Below, one piece after another: positions 1 through 9,835 of a stretch of 64,000 nt of DNA. The stretch lies in assembly GCA_009836625.1 (NCBI GenBank), contig VXVC01000004.1, positions 641,037 through 705,036 on the forward strand, given 5' to 3'. The notes beneath the pieces are model-generated. The model saw nothing but the letters and a program-made list of their open reading frames with translations. It was not told the origin of the DNA and searched no databases. The position numbers and the translations under genes are program-made. The stretch is from Holophagales bacterium (lineage in GTDB: Bacteria; Acidobacteriota; Thermoanaerobaculia; Multivoradales; Multivoraceae). Numbering within the stretch: the first letter of the stretch is position 1; the number at the start of each line of letters is the position of its first letter.

Positions 1-1950
1 TTCCCCCGCGAGCAGGCCAACGTCGGCCTGACCCAGTTCGTCGGCGCCAACCACGAGCTGAAGTACGGCATCGACTACCAGGACACGAAGTGGGAGGGTG
101 AGAACGCCCGTACGTCCTTCATGAACGGCTGGGGCTACGACTCCTTCAACCCGTTCGGTTACGGCGGCGCCGGCGGTCTGGGCGACGACAGTTGCTCGCT
201 CACTCGCAACGCCGGCACCTCGCCGGACAACCCGCACTGGTCCGGGCTCACAACCCGCGGCCGTGGCTGCACCTACGTCGACTACAACTCGCCCAGGCTG
301 AGCTGCCTGGGTCCGGTCGGCGAGCAGCTCACGCCGTTCGAGATCACGAACACCGATGGCCAGATCCACCGCCCGGACTTCGACGAGGGTAGCTGCCTCG
401 GACGCGGCAGCGGCGACGCGGAGATGGCCGACACGGCCTTCTACCTGAGGGACCGGTTCACCGTCGGTGACCACTGGACCTTCAACATCGGCGCGCGCGC
501 CGAGATCCAGGAGGGCTGGAACGACATCCGGCGCAAGGTGGTCGATGCGACCTACGTCGATCCCCGCTTCAACGCCACCTACGACGTCAAGGGCGACGGT
601 CGCCTGCTGTTGACCGCCAACTGGGGCCAGTACCACGCGATGCTCAACCAGGCCTGGATCGCCGGCGGCGGCGACGTGTCGGGCGGCATGCACGATCTGT
701 GGAACGGCTACGAGGGCTATGAGGTCTGGCTGTTCTGCGACCCGATCGAGGCGATCGTGTTCTGCCCGGTTCCGGATCGCCTGGACACCCGGCGCGAGGG
801 TACGGTCGGCGCGAGAACGGCCGGCTACAACTTCGCCTGGAGCACACTGATCCCCGGGCTGATGTGGGATGCCGTCCGTCCCTGCCGCGACGGCGAGATG
901 TCCGGCGTGGACTGCGAGATCTGGGAGCACGACGTTGATCCCTACTACCGGGAAGACGTGATCCTCGGACTCGAGTGGCAGTTCGCCCCGAACTGGGCCC
1001 TCGACGTCAAGTACATCGACTGGTCGATGCAGGACATGATGTTCTCCAACACCCAGCTCGACCACAAGGGCCGGAACACCTTCATCACCGGCAACTACCA
1101 CGACCTGGCGCAGATCGTCACGAACGCGGCGGACGCTCGTGAAGCCAAGGGGCTTCCGCGTGAGCTCAACGACGAAGCCCTGGCCCTCGCCGACCCGGCA
1201 AAGAACGGCTATCGGGGTCTGCAGATCCAGCTCAACCGGCGGTTCGCCAACGGCTGGGCGCTCTACAACAACGTCGCGTGGTCGGAAACGGACACGACCG
1301 GCGCCGGGGCCTGGTGGAACAACACGAACTCCACCTACCTCGAGAGCCTGAGCGCCGTGCTGACGCAGGAGATCATCGATCTCTGCGATGCCGGCCAGAT
1401 GGTTCCCGACCGGCGCACCGGGCGCACGGAACTGTTCCCGATGGACTGCAACCAGGCACTGTCGGAGTGGATCGGATACCCGGTGTCGATGATCAATCGG
1501 CGCGGCCTGAACCAGGCCTACGACCGGACCTGGATCTACAACTCCTTCGGGTTCAAGACCTGGCGCATGGGCAGCCACGACCTGACCCTGTCGGGTCACC
1601 TGAGCTTCCAGACCGGAACGCCCTGGGTGCGTAGCGAAGGCGTGTCGATCGTCAACGTCGACCCGAACGATCCGAAGCCGGGTACGCCGAACGACGGTGT
1701 CGGCTTCAACCTGCATGCTCCGGGCACGCAGGGCCGGTTCACGTCGGACGAGTACACCCTCAACCTGAGCGGCGCCTGGGGCTTCCCCATGGGCTACCGG
1801 GAGGTGCGAGGCGAGTTGCGGGTCGAGGCGCTTAATGTCACCAACCAGCAGCGGCGACGCTCCTGGGGCGGCGACGGTCAGGTGTACCCGGTGCGGCGCT
1901 TCTTCCAGCGTCCGCGCCAGGTGCGCGCCTCGCTGAGGTTCCGCTTCTAG
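1..1950 (+). CDS. TonB-dependent-receptor-like outer-membrane protein (Oar-like), C-terminal part only; 5' end lies outside the window
   Basis: Reading frame is open from the window edge. Residues encoded at 1-120 (FPREQANVGLTQFVGANHELKYGIDYQDTKWEGENAR) and most of the protein are ~70-75% identical to the C-terminal halves of the paralogs at 2190-5894 and 6080-9760. It ends in ...SLRFRF, an aromatic terminus typical of OM beta-barrels. Confidence 0.8.
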   Translation, partial: FPREQANVGLTQFVGANHELKYGIDYQDTKWEGENARTSFMNGWGYDSFNPFGYGGAGGLGDDSCSLTRNAGTSPDNPHWSGLTTRGRGCTYVDYNSPRLSCLGPVGEQLTPFEITNTDGQIHRPDFDEGSCLGRGSGDAEMADTAFYLRDRFTVGDHWTFNIGARAEIQEGWNDIRRKVVDATYVDPRFNATYDVKGDGRLLLTANWGQYHAMLNQAWIAGGGDVSGGMHDLWNGYEGYEVWLFCDPIEAIVFCPVPDRLDTRREGTVGARTAGYNFAWSTLIPGLMWDAVRPCRDGEMSGVDCEIWEHDVDPYYREDVILGLEWQFAPNWALDVKYIDWSMQDMMFSNTQLDHKGRNTFITGNYHDLAQIVTNAADAREAKGLPRELNDEALALADPAKNGYRGLQIQLNRRFANGWALYNNVAWSETDTTGAGAWWNNTNSTYLESLSAVLTQEIIDLCDAGQMVPDRRTGRTELFPMDCNQALSEWIGYPVSMINRRGLNQAYDRTWIYNSFGFKTWRMGSHDLTLSGHLSFQTGTPWVRSEGVSIVNVDPNDPKPGTPNDGVGFNLHAPGTQGRFTSDEYTLNLSGAWGFPMGYREVRGELRVEALNVTNQQRRRSWGGDGQVYPVRRFFQRPRQVRASLRFRF

Positions 1951-2006
1951 AAGCACTGCGAACCTCTCAGAGGGCCGGGCCCTGCGCCCGGGCTCAAGGG
2001 AATCAA

Positions 2007-2039
2007 GGGAGAGGGCTTCGGCTCTCTCCCTTTTTCTTT
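2007..2039 (+). terminator. Intrinsic terminator: 10-bp GC-rich stem with UUCG tetraloop (GGGAGAGGGC-TTCG-GCTCTCTCCC) followed by TTTTTCTTT
   Basis: Read directly from the sequence, immediately downstream of the stop at 1948-1950. The same element recurs after both paralogs. Confidence 0.75.
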
Positions 2040-2118
2040 GCCTGGGAACGCCGGCTCACGCCGGCCGATCCAACGATCTGGATCTGCTACACCGTTTCAA
2101 GCCTAGTCCGCTCCGTCC

Positions 2119-2146
2119 TTGACATCCTTCCAGCCCGTCATATAGT
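2119..2146 (+). promoter_or_regulatory. Sigma70-like promoter: TTGACA - 16 nt - TATAGT, ~45 nt upstream of the receptor gene start
   Basis: Consensus -35 and -10 hexamers with canonical spacing. A near-identical arrangement lies upstream of the third paralog (6012-6039), and the 5'UTR box GATCCGAGGAGRAGCTC-ATGAAGCGACTCGC is shared. Confidence 0.6.
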
Positions 2147-2189
2147 GCCCTTCTCGCTTTCCCTACAACTTGATCCGAGGAGAAGCTCT

Positions 2190-5100
2190 ATGAAGCGACT
2201 CGCAGTGGTCCTGATGTTGCTGGTCCCGTTCGGCGCGTTTGCCGATGCACCGGAAACGGCAACCGTCAGCGGCACGATCGTTGACCCGGGAGGCTCGGCG
2301 CTTCCGGGCGTCAGCATCACCCTGTCCAGTGAGCGCGGCGACAAGTTCGCGATCACCGACGAGAACGGCCAGTTCCGGTTCGTCGGCGTCGTGCCCGGCG
2401 CTTACAACCTCAAGGCCGAACTGCAAGGCCTGGGCGAGGCGGCGGCCGAATTCCACGCCGCCGCCGGCGACCGGCAGGATCTCGACCTGACGCTGCAGGC
2501 CGCCATTGAGGGTGAGGTGACCGTCACCGGCGAAACGCCCATGGTCGACAAGTTCAACGTCACCGCGGGCAGCACCGTAACCTCCGAGATCGGCGAGCAG
2601 ACCGCCGGCACGACGCGGACCTACTACGGGGTCATCAACGCTCTACCCGGCGTCACCGCCGACGCGGAGAACGACGACATCCAGCAGACGCGGCCGTCAG
2701 TCAACGGCACGCACTTCGCGGATCAGGGCGTCTACATCGACGGTGTCGACACCACGTTCGCCAAGTTCGGCGGCAGCCGCGTCTTCCTGCCCACCACGGC
2801 AGTGACCGAGGTCTCGATGGAGGCCGGCGGCTCCTCCGCCGAGTACGGCCGCTACATCGGCTCCTCGACCAACGTGATCGTCAAGTCGGGCACCAACCGG
2901 TGGCACGTCGACGCCCTCTGGCAGCGCCAGGCGATCGACTGGGGTGCCGACTACAAGGACCAGCCGGCCCTCGACCAGCGGCAGAACAAGCCATATCCGG
3001 TCGACTGGTTCCGGCGTTGCCACGGCGACGAACGGGACGCGGGACGGGGGCAGATCCCGTCTGGCGACCTGAGTTCGGAGCTGTTCACGACGAACCGCGA
3101 GCCCTGCCTGCCCGGCAGCGATGAGTGGGCCGGCGCTTCCGACGGCTACGAGTTCTCGGCCGGCGGCCCGATCCAGCGGGACAAGTTCTGGTTCTTCCTC
3201 GGCGTCAGCGAGTTCGACGACGCGTACTCCGAGCGGCTGATCGGCGGCGACCCGTACGACATCAGCCTGTTCAACGACGCGCGCATCTTCAAACTGAACA
3301 TGCAGCCGACCGCGAGCCATTCGTTCGCCGCCTCGGCCATCGATACGCCGGCGTTCCGGAACTACTTCCACATTCCGTCATCGGACTACTGGACGCCGAC
3401 GCCGCACGAGAACGACAGCGTGCTGTCGACGGTCAACTGGAACTACGCCGTCACGAGCAACTGGTACCTGGAGGCGAAGATCGCCTTCCAGGAAACCCAG
3501 GAGAACAAGTACCTCGCCTGCTACAACAAGCTGGAGCAGGACAACCCCGAGGTCCTGAACGTCGACGGCATTCCGATTCTCGAGTGGCTTGCCCAGGACA
3601 ACTTCCCCAACGCCTCGGCGCGCATGGTGGAGACCTGCCTGCAGGCGAAGTCCCTGGATCGCGGTCCGATCGCGGGCCACATGGCGACGAACACCTCGGG
3701 CGGCGACACCAGCTACCCGCTGCGGTTCCCGTTCCGACCCGAACTCGGCATCTTCTATCCCGGTAACAACTACAACGTGTACCGGGACAACGAGAACCTG
3801 GAGGCCTGGCACAACGGCTGGATCCTCTCCGACGGCTTCGGCTTCAACGCGTTCCCGCGCGAACAGGCGAACGTCGGCCTGACCCAGTTCATCGGTGCCA
3901 ACCACGAGTTGAAGTACGGCCTGGACTACCAGGACACGAAGTGGGAGGGCGAGAACGCCCGCGTGCCGCTGTTCAACGGCTGGGGCTTCGATGCCACGAA
4001 CCCCTTCGGCTACTACCAGGCCGGGTCGATGGAAGACGATGCGTGTTCCCTGCTACGGGGCTACACCACGTCGCCTGAGAACCCGAACTTCCTGGGAGCG
4101 ACGACGCGAGGCCGCGGCTGCTACTTCGTCGATTACAACTCACCGCTCCTGACCTGCGAGGGCAACCACACGGACGGACTGCCGCACCGGCCGACCCAGA
4201 TCGATCGGGTCAACGGCGAGATCGTCCGCACGATCGGCACCTGCGTCGGCCGCGGTAGCGGCGACACGGAGGTCCGCAACGTCGGCTTCTTCGCCCGCGA
4301 CCGCTTCACGATCGGCGACCACTGGGTGATCAACCTCGGCGTCCGGGCGGAAATCCAGGAGGCCTGGAACGACGTCCGGCGCCAGGTCGTGGACGACACC
4401 TACGTCGATCCGCGGATCAACATCGCCTACGACATCAAGGGGGACGGCGCCCTGCTGCTCAACGCAACCTGGGGCCAGTACCACGCGATGCTCAACCAGG
4501 CGTGGATCTCCGGCGGCGACGTGGCCCGTCCCAGCATGCACGACCTGTGGAACGGGTACGAAGGCCGCGAGGTCTTCCTCTTCTGCGATCCTGGTGACAT
4601 CGTCGGCATGAACATCCTGAGGTCGATCGGCTACGTCAGCTACGACTGCAACCACCCGTCGCGGCGGGACACGATCCGCAACGACACGGTCGGCGCCGGG
4701 ATCCCTGGCTACAACCTGTCGTGGGAGCTGGCACAGCCCGGCCTCATGTGGGACGCGGTCCAGGAGGGCTACTACGACTTCGACATCCAGACCTACTACA
4801 AGCAGGAGGCGATCATCGGCCTCGAGTGGCAGTTCCGCCCGGACTGGGCGCTGGATGTCAAGTACATCGACTGGCAGTTGCAGGACATGATGTTCTCGAA
4901 CTTCCAGCTCGATTACCGGGGCCGCAACATCGGTATCACGGAGAACTACCACGACCTGGAGAAGATCGTTCTCGCGTTCGACGATGCGAGAAGGGACCGG
5001 TGGGCAGCAGCCGGCTTCGATGAGGCCGACCGCACGAGCGCCGTCAACCGCGAGGCCCTGGCCAACGCGGATGCGGCGAAGAACTCCTACCGGGGTCTGC

Positions 5101-5894
5101 AGATCCAGTTGAACCGCCGCTTCGCGGACGGTTGGGCGCTCTACAACAACGTCGCCTGGTCCGAGACGGACACCACGGGCGGAGGCGTCTGGTGGAACAA
5201 CACGGACAGCGGCTACCTGGAACTCGCTCACGTGAACCTCGGCGAGGGTCACATCGAGGATTGTCAGGAAAGCCAGACGGAACCTGATCGCCGCACCGGC
5301 AGGACGAGGACGTATCCCGAGGACTGCTATGCGCGGCTGAGCAACTTCATCGGCTTGCCGGGCAGCATGATCAACCAGCGCGGTCCGAACCATGTGTACG
5401 ACCGCACCTGGATCTACAACTCCTTCGGGTTCAAGACCTGGCGGATCGGTAACCAGGATCTGACGGTGGGTGGTCACCTGACCTTCCAGACCGGCACCCC
5501 CTGGTACCGGTCGGAAGGCGCGGGCGTCGGCGCCGCGAAGACCTGCGCCCCGGGCGCCAGGCCTTCGGGGCTGCGGACCTGCCCGCCGATCACTCCCTCC
5601 GACCCGACCAGCGACGCGCGGCCGGGCACGGCCAACTCGGGCATCGGCGTGCGCTTGTTCCCGGCGGGCGCCGAGGGACACCGGACCGCGGACGAGTACA
5701 CGGTCAACCTGAGCGGCGCATGGGGCTTCCCCATGGGCTACCGGGACGTTCGTGGCGAGCTCCGGGTCGAGGTGCTGAACGCGACGAACCAGCAGCGCCG
5801 TCGCGATTGGGACGGTCGTGGCGAGGTCTACCCGGTGCGCCGGTTCTTCCAGCGCCCGCGGACGATCCGCGCCAACATCAAGTTCCGGTTCTAG
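2190..5894 (+). CDS. TonB-dependent-receptor-like outer-membrane protein (Oar-like) with N-terminal carboxypeptidase-regulatory domain, 1234 aa
   Basis: Signal peptide MKRLAVVLMLLVPFGAFA. The segment TVSGTIVDPGGSALPGVSITL...DENGQFRF matches the CarboxypepD_reg fold, followed by a plug/barrel region, and the protein ends IKFRF. RBS GAGGAG precedes the ATG. The start is set at M16 of the six-frame ORF, where the signal peptide begins. Confidence 0.85.
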   Translation: MKRLAVVLMLLVPFGAFADAPETATVSGTIVDPGGSALPGVSITLSSERGDKFAITDENGQFRFVGVVPGAYNLKAELQGLGEAAAEFHAAAGDRQDLDLTLQAAIEGEVTVTGETPMVDKFNVTAGSTVTSEIGEQTAGTTRTYYGVINALPGVTADAENDDIQQTRPSVNGTHFADQGVYIDGVDTTFAKFGGSRVFLPTTAVTEVSMEAGGSSAEYGRYIGSSTNVIVKSGTNRWHVDALWQRQAIDWGADYKDQPALDQRQNKPYPVDWFRRCHGDERDAGRGQIPSGDLSSELFTTNREPCLPGSDEWAGASDGYEFSAGGPIQRDKFWFFLGVSEFDDAYSERLIGGDPYDISLFNDARIFKLNMQPTASHSFAASAIDTPAFRNYFHIPSSDYWTPTPHENDSVLSTVNWNYAVTSNWYLEAKIAFQETQENKYLACYNKLEQDNPEVLNVDGIPILEWLAQDNFPNASARMVETCLQAKSLDRGPIAGHMATNTSGGDTSYPLRFPFRPELGIFYPGNNYNVYRDNENLEAWHNGWILSDGFGFNAFPREQANVGLTQFIGANHELKYGLDYQDTKWEGENARVPLFNGWGFDATNPFGYYQAGSMEDDACSLLRGYTTSPENPNFLGATTRGRGCYFVDYNSPLLTCEGNHTDGLPHRPTQIDRVNGEIVRTIGTCVGRGSGDTEVRNVGFFARDRFTIGDHWVINLGVRAEIQEAWNDVRRQVVDDTYVDPRINIAYDIKGDGALLLNATWGQYHAMLNQAWISGGDVARPSMHDLWNGYEGREVFLFCDPGDIVGMNILRSIGYVSYDCNHPSRRDTIRNDTVGAGIPGYNLSWELAQPGLMWDAVQEGYYDFDIQTYYKQEAIIGLEWQFRPDWALDVKYIDWQLQDMMFSNFQLDYRGRNIGITENYHDLEKIVLAFDDARRDRWAAAGFDEADRTSAVNREALANADAAKNSYRGLQIQLNRRFADGWALYNNVAWSETDTTGGGVWWNNTDSGYLELAHVNLGEGHIEDCQESQTEPDRRTGRTRTYPEDCYARLSNFIGLPGSMINQRGPNHVYDRTWIYNSFGFKTWRIGNQDLTVGGHLTFQTGTPWYRSEGAGVGAAKTCAPGARPSGLRTCPPITPSDPTSDARPGTANSGIGVRLFPAGAEGHRTADEYTVNLSGAWGFPMGYRDVRGELRVEVLNATNQQRRRDWDGRGEVYPVRRFFQRPRTIRANIKFRF

Positions 5895-5942
5895 GCCGGA
5901 ACGACAGAACCTGGGGGTTTCGGCCCCCGGTGCAAGGGATCA

Positions 5943-5977
5943 GGGGAGAGGGCTTCGGCACTCTCCCCTTTTCTTTC
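5943..5977 (+). terminator. Intrinsic terminator, copy 2 of the conserved hairpin (GGGGAGAGGGC-TTCG-GCACTCTCCCC + TTTTCTTTC)
   Basis: Same element as at 2007-2039 with one compensated/mismatched stem position. Lies just after the stop at 5892-5894. Confidence 0.75.
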
Positions 5978-6011
5978 AGCCGTCCAACATTCTGGATCCC
6001 GGCCCACTCCT

Positions 6012-6039
6012 TTGACATTCATCCGGGGGCTCCTATAGT
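6012..6039 (+). promoter_or_regulatory. Sigma70-like promoter: TTGACA - 16 nt - TATAGT upstream of the third receptor paralog
   Basis: Same architecture and spacing as 2119-2146; the conserved 5'UTR box and RBS GAGGAG follow. Confidence 0.6.
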
Positions 6040-6079
6040 GGACGGCACACCTTCCGACCAATGATCCGAGGAGGAGCTC

Positions 6080-9000
6080 ATGAAGCGACTCGCACTGATC
6101 CTGACGTTGCTTGTTCCCGTCGGCGCTTTCGCCGACGCGCCGGAGACCGCAACGGTCAGCGGCACGGTCGTCGATCCGGGGGGCTCGCCCCTGCCCGGCG
6201 TCAGTGTCACCCTCTCCAGCGGCCGCGGCGACAAATTCTCGATCACGGATGAGAACGGCCAGTTCCGGTTCGTGGGAGTCGTTCCCGACAGCTATGAACT
6301 GACCGCGGAGCTGGAGGGCCTGGGCGAGGCCCAGGCGAACTTCCACGCCGCAGCCGGCGACCGCAGGGACGTCGACTTGACGCTGCAGGCCGCGGTCGAA
6401 GGCGGCGTCGTCGACGTGACCGCCGAAACGCCCATGGTCGACAAGTTCAACGTCACCGCCGGCAGCACGGTCACGTCCGAGATCGGCGAGCAGACGGCCG
6501 GTACGACCCGCACCTACTACGGCGTGATCAATGCCCTTCCGGGCGTCACCGCCGACGCGGAGAACGACGACATCCAGCAGACGCGGCCGTCGGTCAACGG
6601 CACTCACTTCGCCGACCAGGGCGTCTACGTCGACGGCGTCGACACGACGTTCGCCAAGTTCGGCGGCAGCCGGGTCTTCCTGCCCACCACGGCGCTCACC
6701 GAGGTGTCGATGGAAGCCGGCGGCTCCTCCGCCGAGTATGGCCGCTACATCGGATCCTCCACCAACGTGATCGTCAAGTCGGGCACCAACCGCTGGCACG
6801 CGGATGTCCTCTGGAACCATCAGCGGGTCGACTGGAGCGCCGACTACAAGGACCAGCCCTCGCTGGCGGAACGCCGCAACAGGCCGTACCCCGTGGACTG
6901 GTTCAGGCGCTGCCACGGAGACCAACGGGACCAGGGCCGGGGCCAGATTCCGCCCAGCATCGTCGAGGAGGTCTCGACGATCAATCGCGACGCCTGCCTG
7001 CCCGGCAGCGACGAGTGGGCCGGTTCCAGCGATGGCTACGAGTTCTCGACCGGCGGTCCTCTGCGGAGGGACAAGTTCTGGTTCTTCGTGGGTGCTTCCG
7101 AATTCGACGACGCCTATTCCGAGCGCCTGCTCGGCGGCGACCCGTACGACGTCAGCCTGTTCGCCGACGCCCGCATCCTCAAGCTGAACATGCAGCCGTC
7201 GGCGTCCCACTCCTTCGCCGCCTCCTGGATCGACACGCCGGCGTTCAGGAACTACTTCAACTGGCAGTCCTACGACTACTGGACGCCGACGCCGCACGAG
7301 AACGACAGCGTGCTCTCGACCGTCAGTTGGAACTACGCGATCTCCAGCAACTGGTTCCTCGAAGCCAAGATCGCCGACCAGGAGACGCAGGAGAACAAGT
7401 TCCTCGCCTGCCACGACATCCTGGAGCAGGAGAACCCCGCCGCCCAGTCCGTGGACGGCATTCCGATCCTGGAGTGGCTGTCCCAGGACAACTACCGCGA
7501 CACGCCGGCGCGCATGATCGAGACCTGCCTGCAGGCGAAGTCGCTCGACCGCGGTCCGATCGCCGGCCACACGGCGACGAACACGTCGGGCGGCGACACC
7601 AGCTACCCGCTGCGCTTCCCATTCGATCCGAGCAAGGGGATCTTCTACCCCGGCAACAACTACAACGTCTACCGGGACGGTGAGAACCTCTCGTCCTGGC
7701 ACAACGGCTGGATCCTCTCCGACGGCTTCGGCTTCAACGCGTTCCCGCGCGAGCAGGCGAACGTCGGCCTGACCCAGTTCGCGGGCGCGAACCACGAGCT
7801 GAAGTACGGTTTCGACTACCAGGACACGAAGTGGGAGGGCGAGAATGCCCGCGTACCCCTGCTCCAGGGGTGGGGCTTCGACCCGACGAACCCGTTCGGC
7901 TACCTGGGCGCCGGCACGATCGCAGACGACACCTGCGCCACGCCGTTCACCCGCACCGGTACCTCGGCCATTCGTGGTCGGACCTGCTACTTCACCGACC
8001 ACAACTCGACGTTCCTGACCTGTGAGGGCAACGCTCCCGACGGCATGCCCCACCGGCCGACCACGGTCGAGCACGTGAACGGCGAGGTCGTCCGTACGCC
8101 CGGCACCTGCGTCGGGCGCGGCACTGGCGACAGCGAAGTGCGCAACATCGGCTTCTACGTCCGCGACCGCTTCACGATCGGCGATCACTGGACGGTCAAC
8201 ATGGGCCTTCGGGCCGAAACCCAGGAAGCCTGGAACGACGTTCGCCGCCAGGTCATCGACGACAGCTACGTCGACCCGCGGCTGAACATCACCTACGACA
8301 TCAAGGGAGACGGCGCCCTGCTGCTCAACGCAAGCTGGGGCCAGTACCACGCGATGCTGAACCAGGCGTGGATTTCGGGCGGCGACTCGAACGTTCCCAG
8401 CATGCACGACCTGTGGAACGGCTACGAAGGGCACGAGGTCTTCCTCTTCTGCGACCCGGCGGACATCGCGACGTTCGACTTCCTGCAGTTCCTCGGCTTG
8501 ACCAACTACGGCTGCCGGGTTCCGCAGCGGAGGGACTCGCTCCACAACGGAACGGTCGGCGCGCCGTTGCCCGGCTACAACCTGTCCTGGGAGCTGACGA
8601 CGCCGGGTCTCATGTGGGACGCGGTTCAGGCAGGCGTCCTCGACTATGACGTGCAGACCTACTACAAGCAGGAAGCGATTCTCGGCCTGGAGTGGCAGTT
8701 CCGGCCGAATTGGGCTCTCGACGTCAAGTACATCGACTGGCAGTTGCAGGACATGATGTTCTCCAACAACCAGCTCGACCACAAGGGCCGGAACATCGGC
8801 GTCACCGAGAACTACCACGACCTGTTCGACATCCTGGTCGCCTTCGACGACGCGCGGGCCGCGACCTGGGCGGCGCAGGGCTACGACCCGGCCGAGCGTC
8901 CCGCGCAACTGAACCGTGAAGCCCTGGAGATGGCCGATCCGGCGAAGAACTCGTTCAAGGGGGTTCAGGTTCAGTTGAACCGCCGCTTCGCCGACGGCTG

Positions 9001-9760
9001 GGCGCTCTACAACAACCTCGCCTGGGCCAGCACGGACACGACCGGGGCCGGCGCCTGGTGGAACAACACGAACAGCACGTACCTCGAGGCGGCCCACGTC
9101 GTTCTGAACCAGCAGAACATCGACAGTTGCCAGGCCGGCCAGACGAGGCCGGACCGCCGTACCGGCCGGACGCCGCTCTATCCCGAAGACTGCGTCGAGC
9201 GTCTCACCGACTGGCTCGGCTTCCCGGCGAGCATGATCAACCGGCGCGGCGCCAACGGCACCTACGACCGCGAGTGGATCTGGAACTCCTTCGGGTTCAA
9301 GACCTGGCGCCTGGGCAACCAGGATCTGACGCTGGGCGGCCACCTGACCTTCCAGACCGGGACGCCCTGGACTACATCCTCCGGCGCCGGCTACGAGCGG
9401 CCCTGCGGACCGCGTCCGCCCGGCATCCCCACATCGATTCCGATCTGCCTGCCGGTGGACGTGACGGACGCGAACGCCAACCAGCGCCCCGGAACCTCGA
9501 ACACCGGCGTCGGTTTCCCCCTACACCCATCGGGCACGGAGGGCCGCCGGACCGCGGACGAGTACACGGTCAACCTGAGCGGCGCCTGGGGATTCCCCCT
9601 GGGCATCGGCAATACTCGCGGGGAACTCCGGGTCGAGGTGCTGAACGTGACGAACCAGCAGCGCCGCCGCTCCTGGAACAGCGCCGGCGAGGTTCTGCCC
9701 GTGCGCCGGTTCTTCCAGCGCCCGCGGACGGTTCGCGCCAACTTCAAGATCCGGTTCTAG
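6080..9760 (+). CDS. TonB-dependent-receptor-like outer-membrane protein (Oar-like) with N-terminal carboxypeptidase-regulatory domain, 1226 aa
   Basis: Signal peptide MKRLALILTLLVPVGAFA. About 75% identical to 2190-5894 throughout except for a divergent segment near the C-terminus. Ends FKIRF. Confidence 0.85.
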   Translation: MKRLALILTLLVPVGAFADAPETATVSGTVVDPGGSPLPGVSVTLSSGRGDKFSITDENGQFRFVGVVPDSYELTAELEGLGEAQANFHAAAGDRRDVDLTLQAAVEGGVVDVTAETPMVDKFNVTAGSTVTSEIGEQTAGTTRTYYGVINALPGVTADAENDDIQQTRPSVNGTHFADQGVYVDGVDTTFAKFGGSRVFLPTTALTEVSMEAGGSSAEYGRYIGSSTNVIVKSGTNRWHADVLWNHQRVDWSADYKDQPSLAERRNRPYPVDWFRRCHGDQRDQGRGQIPPSIVEEVSTINRDACLPGSDEWAGSSDGYEFSTGGPLRRDKFWFFVGASEFDDAYSERLLGGDPYDVSLFADARILKLNMQPSASHSFAASWIDTPAFRNYFNWQSYDYWTPTPHENDSVLSTVSWNYAISSNWFLEAKIADQETQENKFLACHDILEQENPAAQSVDGIPILEWLSQDNYRDTPARMIETCLQAKSLDRGPIAGHTATNTSGGDTSYPLRFPFDPSKGIFYPGNNYNVYRDGENLSSWHNGWILSDGFGFNAFPREQANVGLTQFAGANHELKYGFDYQDTKWEGENARVPLLQGWGFDPTNPFGYLGAGTIADDTCATPFTRTGTSAIRGRTCYFTDHNSTFLTCEGNAPDGMPHRPTTVEHVNGEVVRTPGTCVGRGTGDSEVRNIGFYVRDRFTIGDHWTVNMGLRAETQEAWNDVRRQVIDDSYVDPRLNITYDIKGDGALLLNASWGQYHAMLNQAWISGGDSNVPSMHDLWNGYEGHEVFLFCDPADIATFDFLQFLGLTNYGCRVPQRRDSLHNGTVGAPLPGYNLSWELTTPGLMWDAVQAGVLDYDVQTYYKQEAILGLEWQFRPNWALDVKYIDWQLQDMMFSNNQLDHKGRNIGVTENYHDLFDILVAFDDARAATWAAQGYDPAERPAQLNREALEMADPAKNSFKGVQVQLNRRFADGWALYNNLAWASTDTTGAGAWWNNTNSTYLEAAHVVLNQQNIDSCQAGQTRPDRRTGRTPLYPEDCVERLTDWLGFPASMINRRGANGTYDREWIWNSFGFKTWRLGNQDLTLGGHLTFQTGTPWTTSSGAGYERPCGPRPPGIPTSIPICLPVDVTDANANQRPGTSNTGVGFPLHPSGTEGRRTADEYTVNLSGAWGFPLGIGNTRGELRVEVLNVTNQQRRRSWNSAGEVLPVRRFFQRPRTVRANFKIRF

Positions 9761-9805
9761 ACCAGATCACACGATCCGGACACCGGTCACCGGATCAGGG
9801 AATCA

Positions 9806-9835
9806 GGGGGAGAGGGCTTCGGCTCTCTCCCCTTT
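9806..9835 (+). terminator. Intrinsic terminator, copy 3 of the conserved hairpin (GGGGGAGAGGGC-TTCG-GCTCTCTCCCC), with a weaker T-tract (TTTCCC)
   Basis: Same GC stem / UUCG loop as copies 1 and 2, ~45 nt after the stop at 9758-9760. Confidence 0.6.

Noticed and set aside
5891-9343. 1150-aa ORF on the minus strand, antisense to the third TonB-receptor gene. Similar very long antisense ORFs include 4140-5681, 14372-16543, 16627-18162, 19634-21316, 22973-24919, 28570-30261, 30906-33701, 47942-50749 and 58475-60136.
   Set aside because: In ~70% GC DNA, stop codons are rare in any frame. These ORFs have Arg/Ala/Gly/Pro-dominated, low-complexity translations with no motifs, and each overlaps a gene with strong domain evidence on the other strand. 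They are compositional artefacts.
1-9760. Possibility that the three receptor genes are an assembly artefact (a collapsed or mis-joined repeat).
   Set aside because: The copies are only ~75% identical at the protein level, with many synonymous and non-synonymous differences spread throughout, plus distinct variable segments. They are real diverged paralogs.
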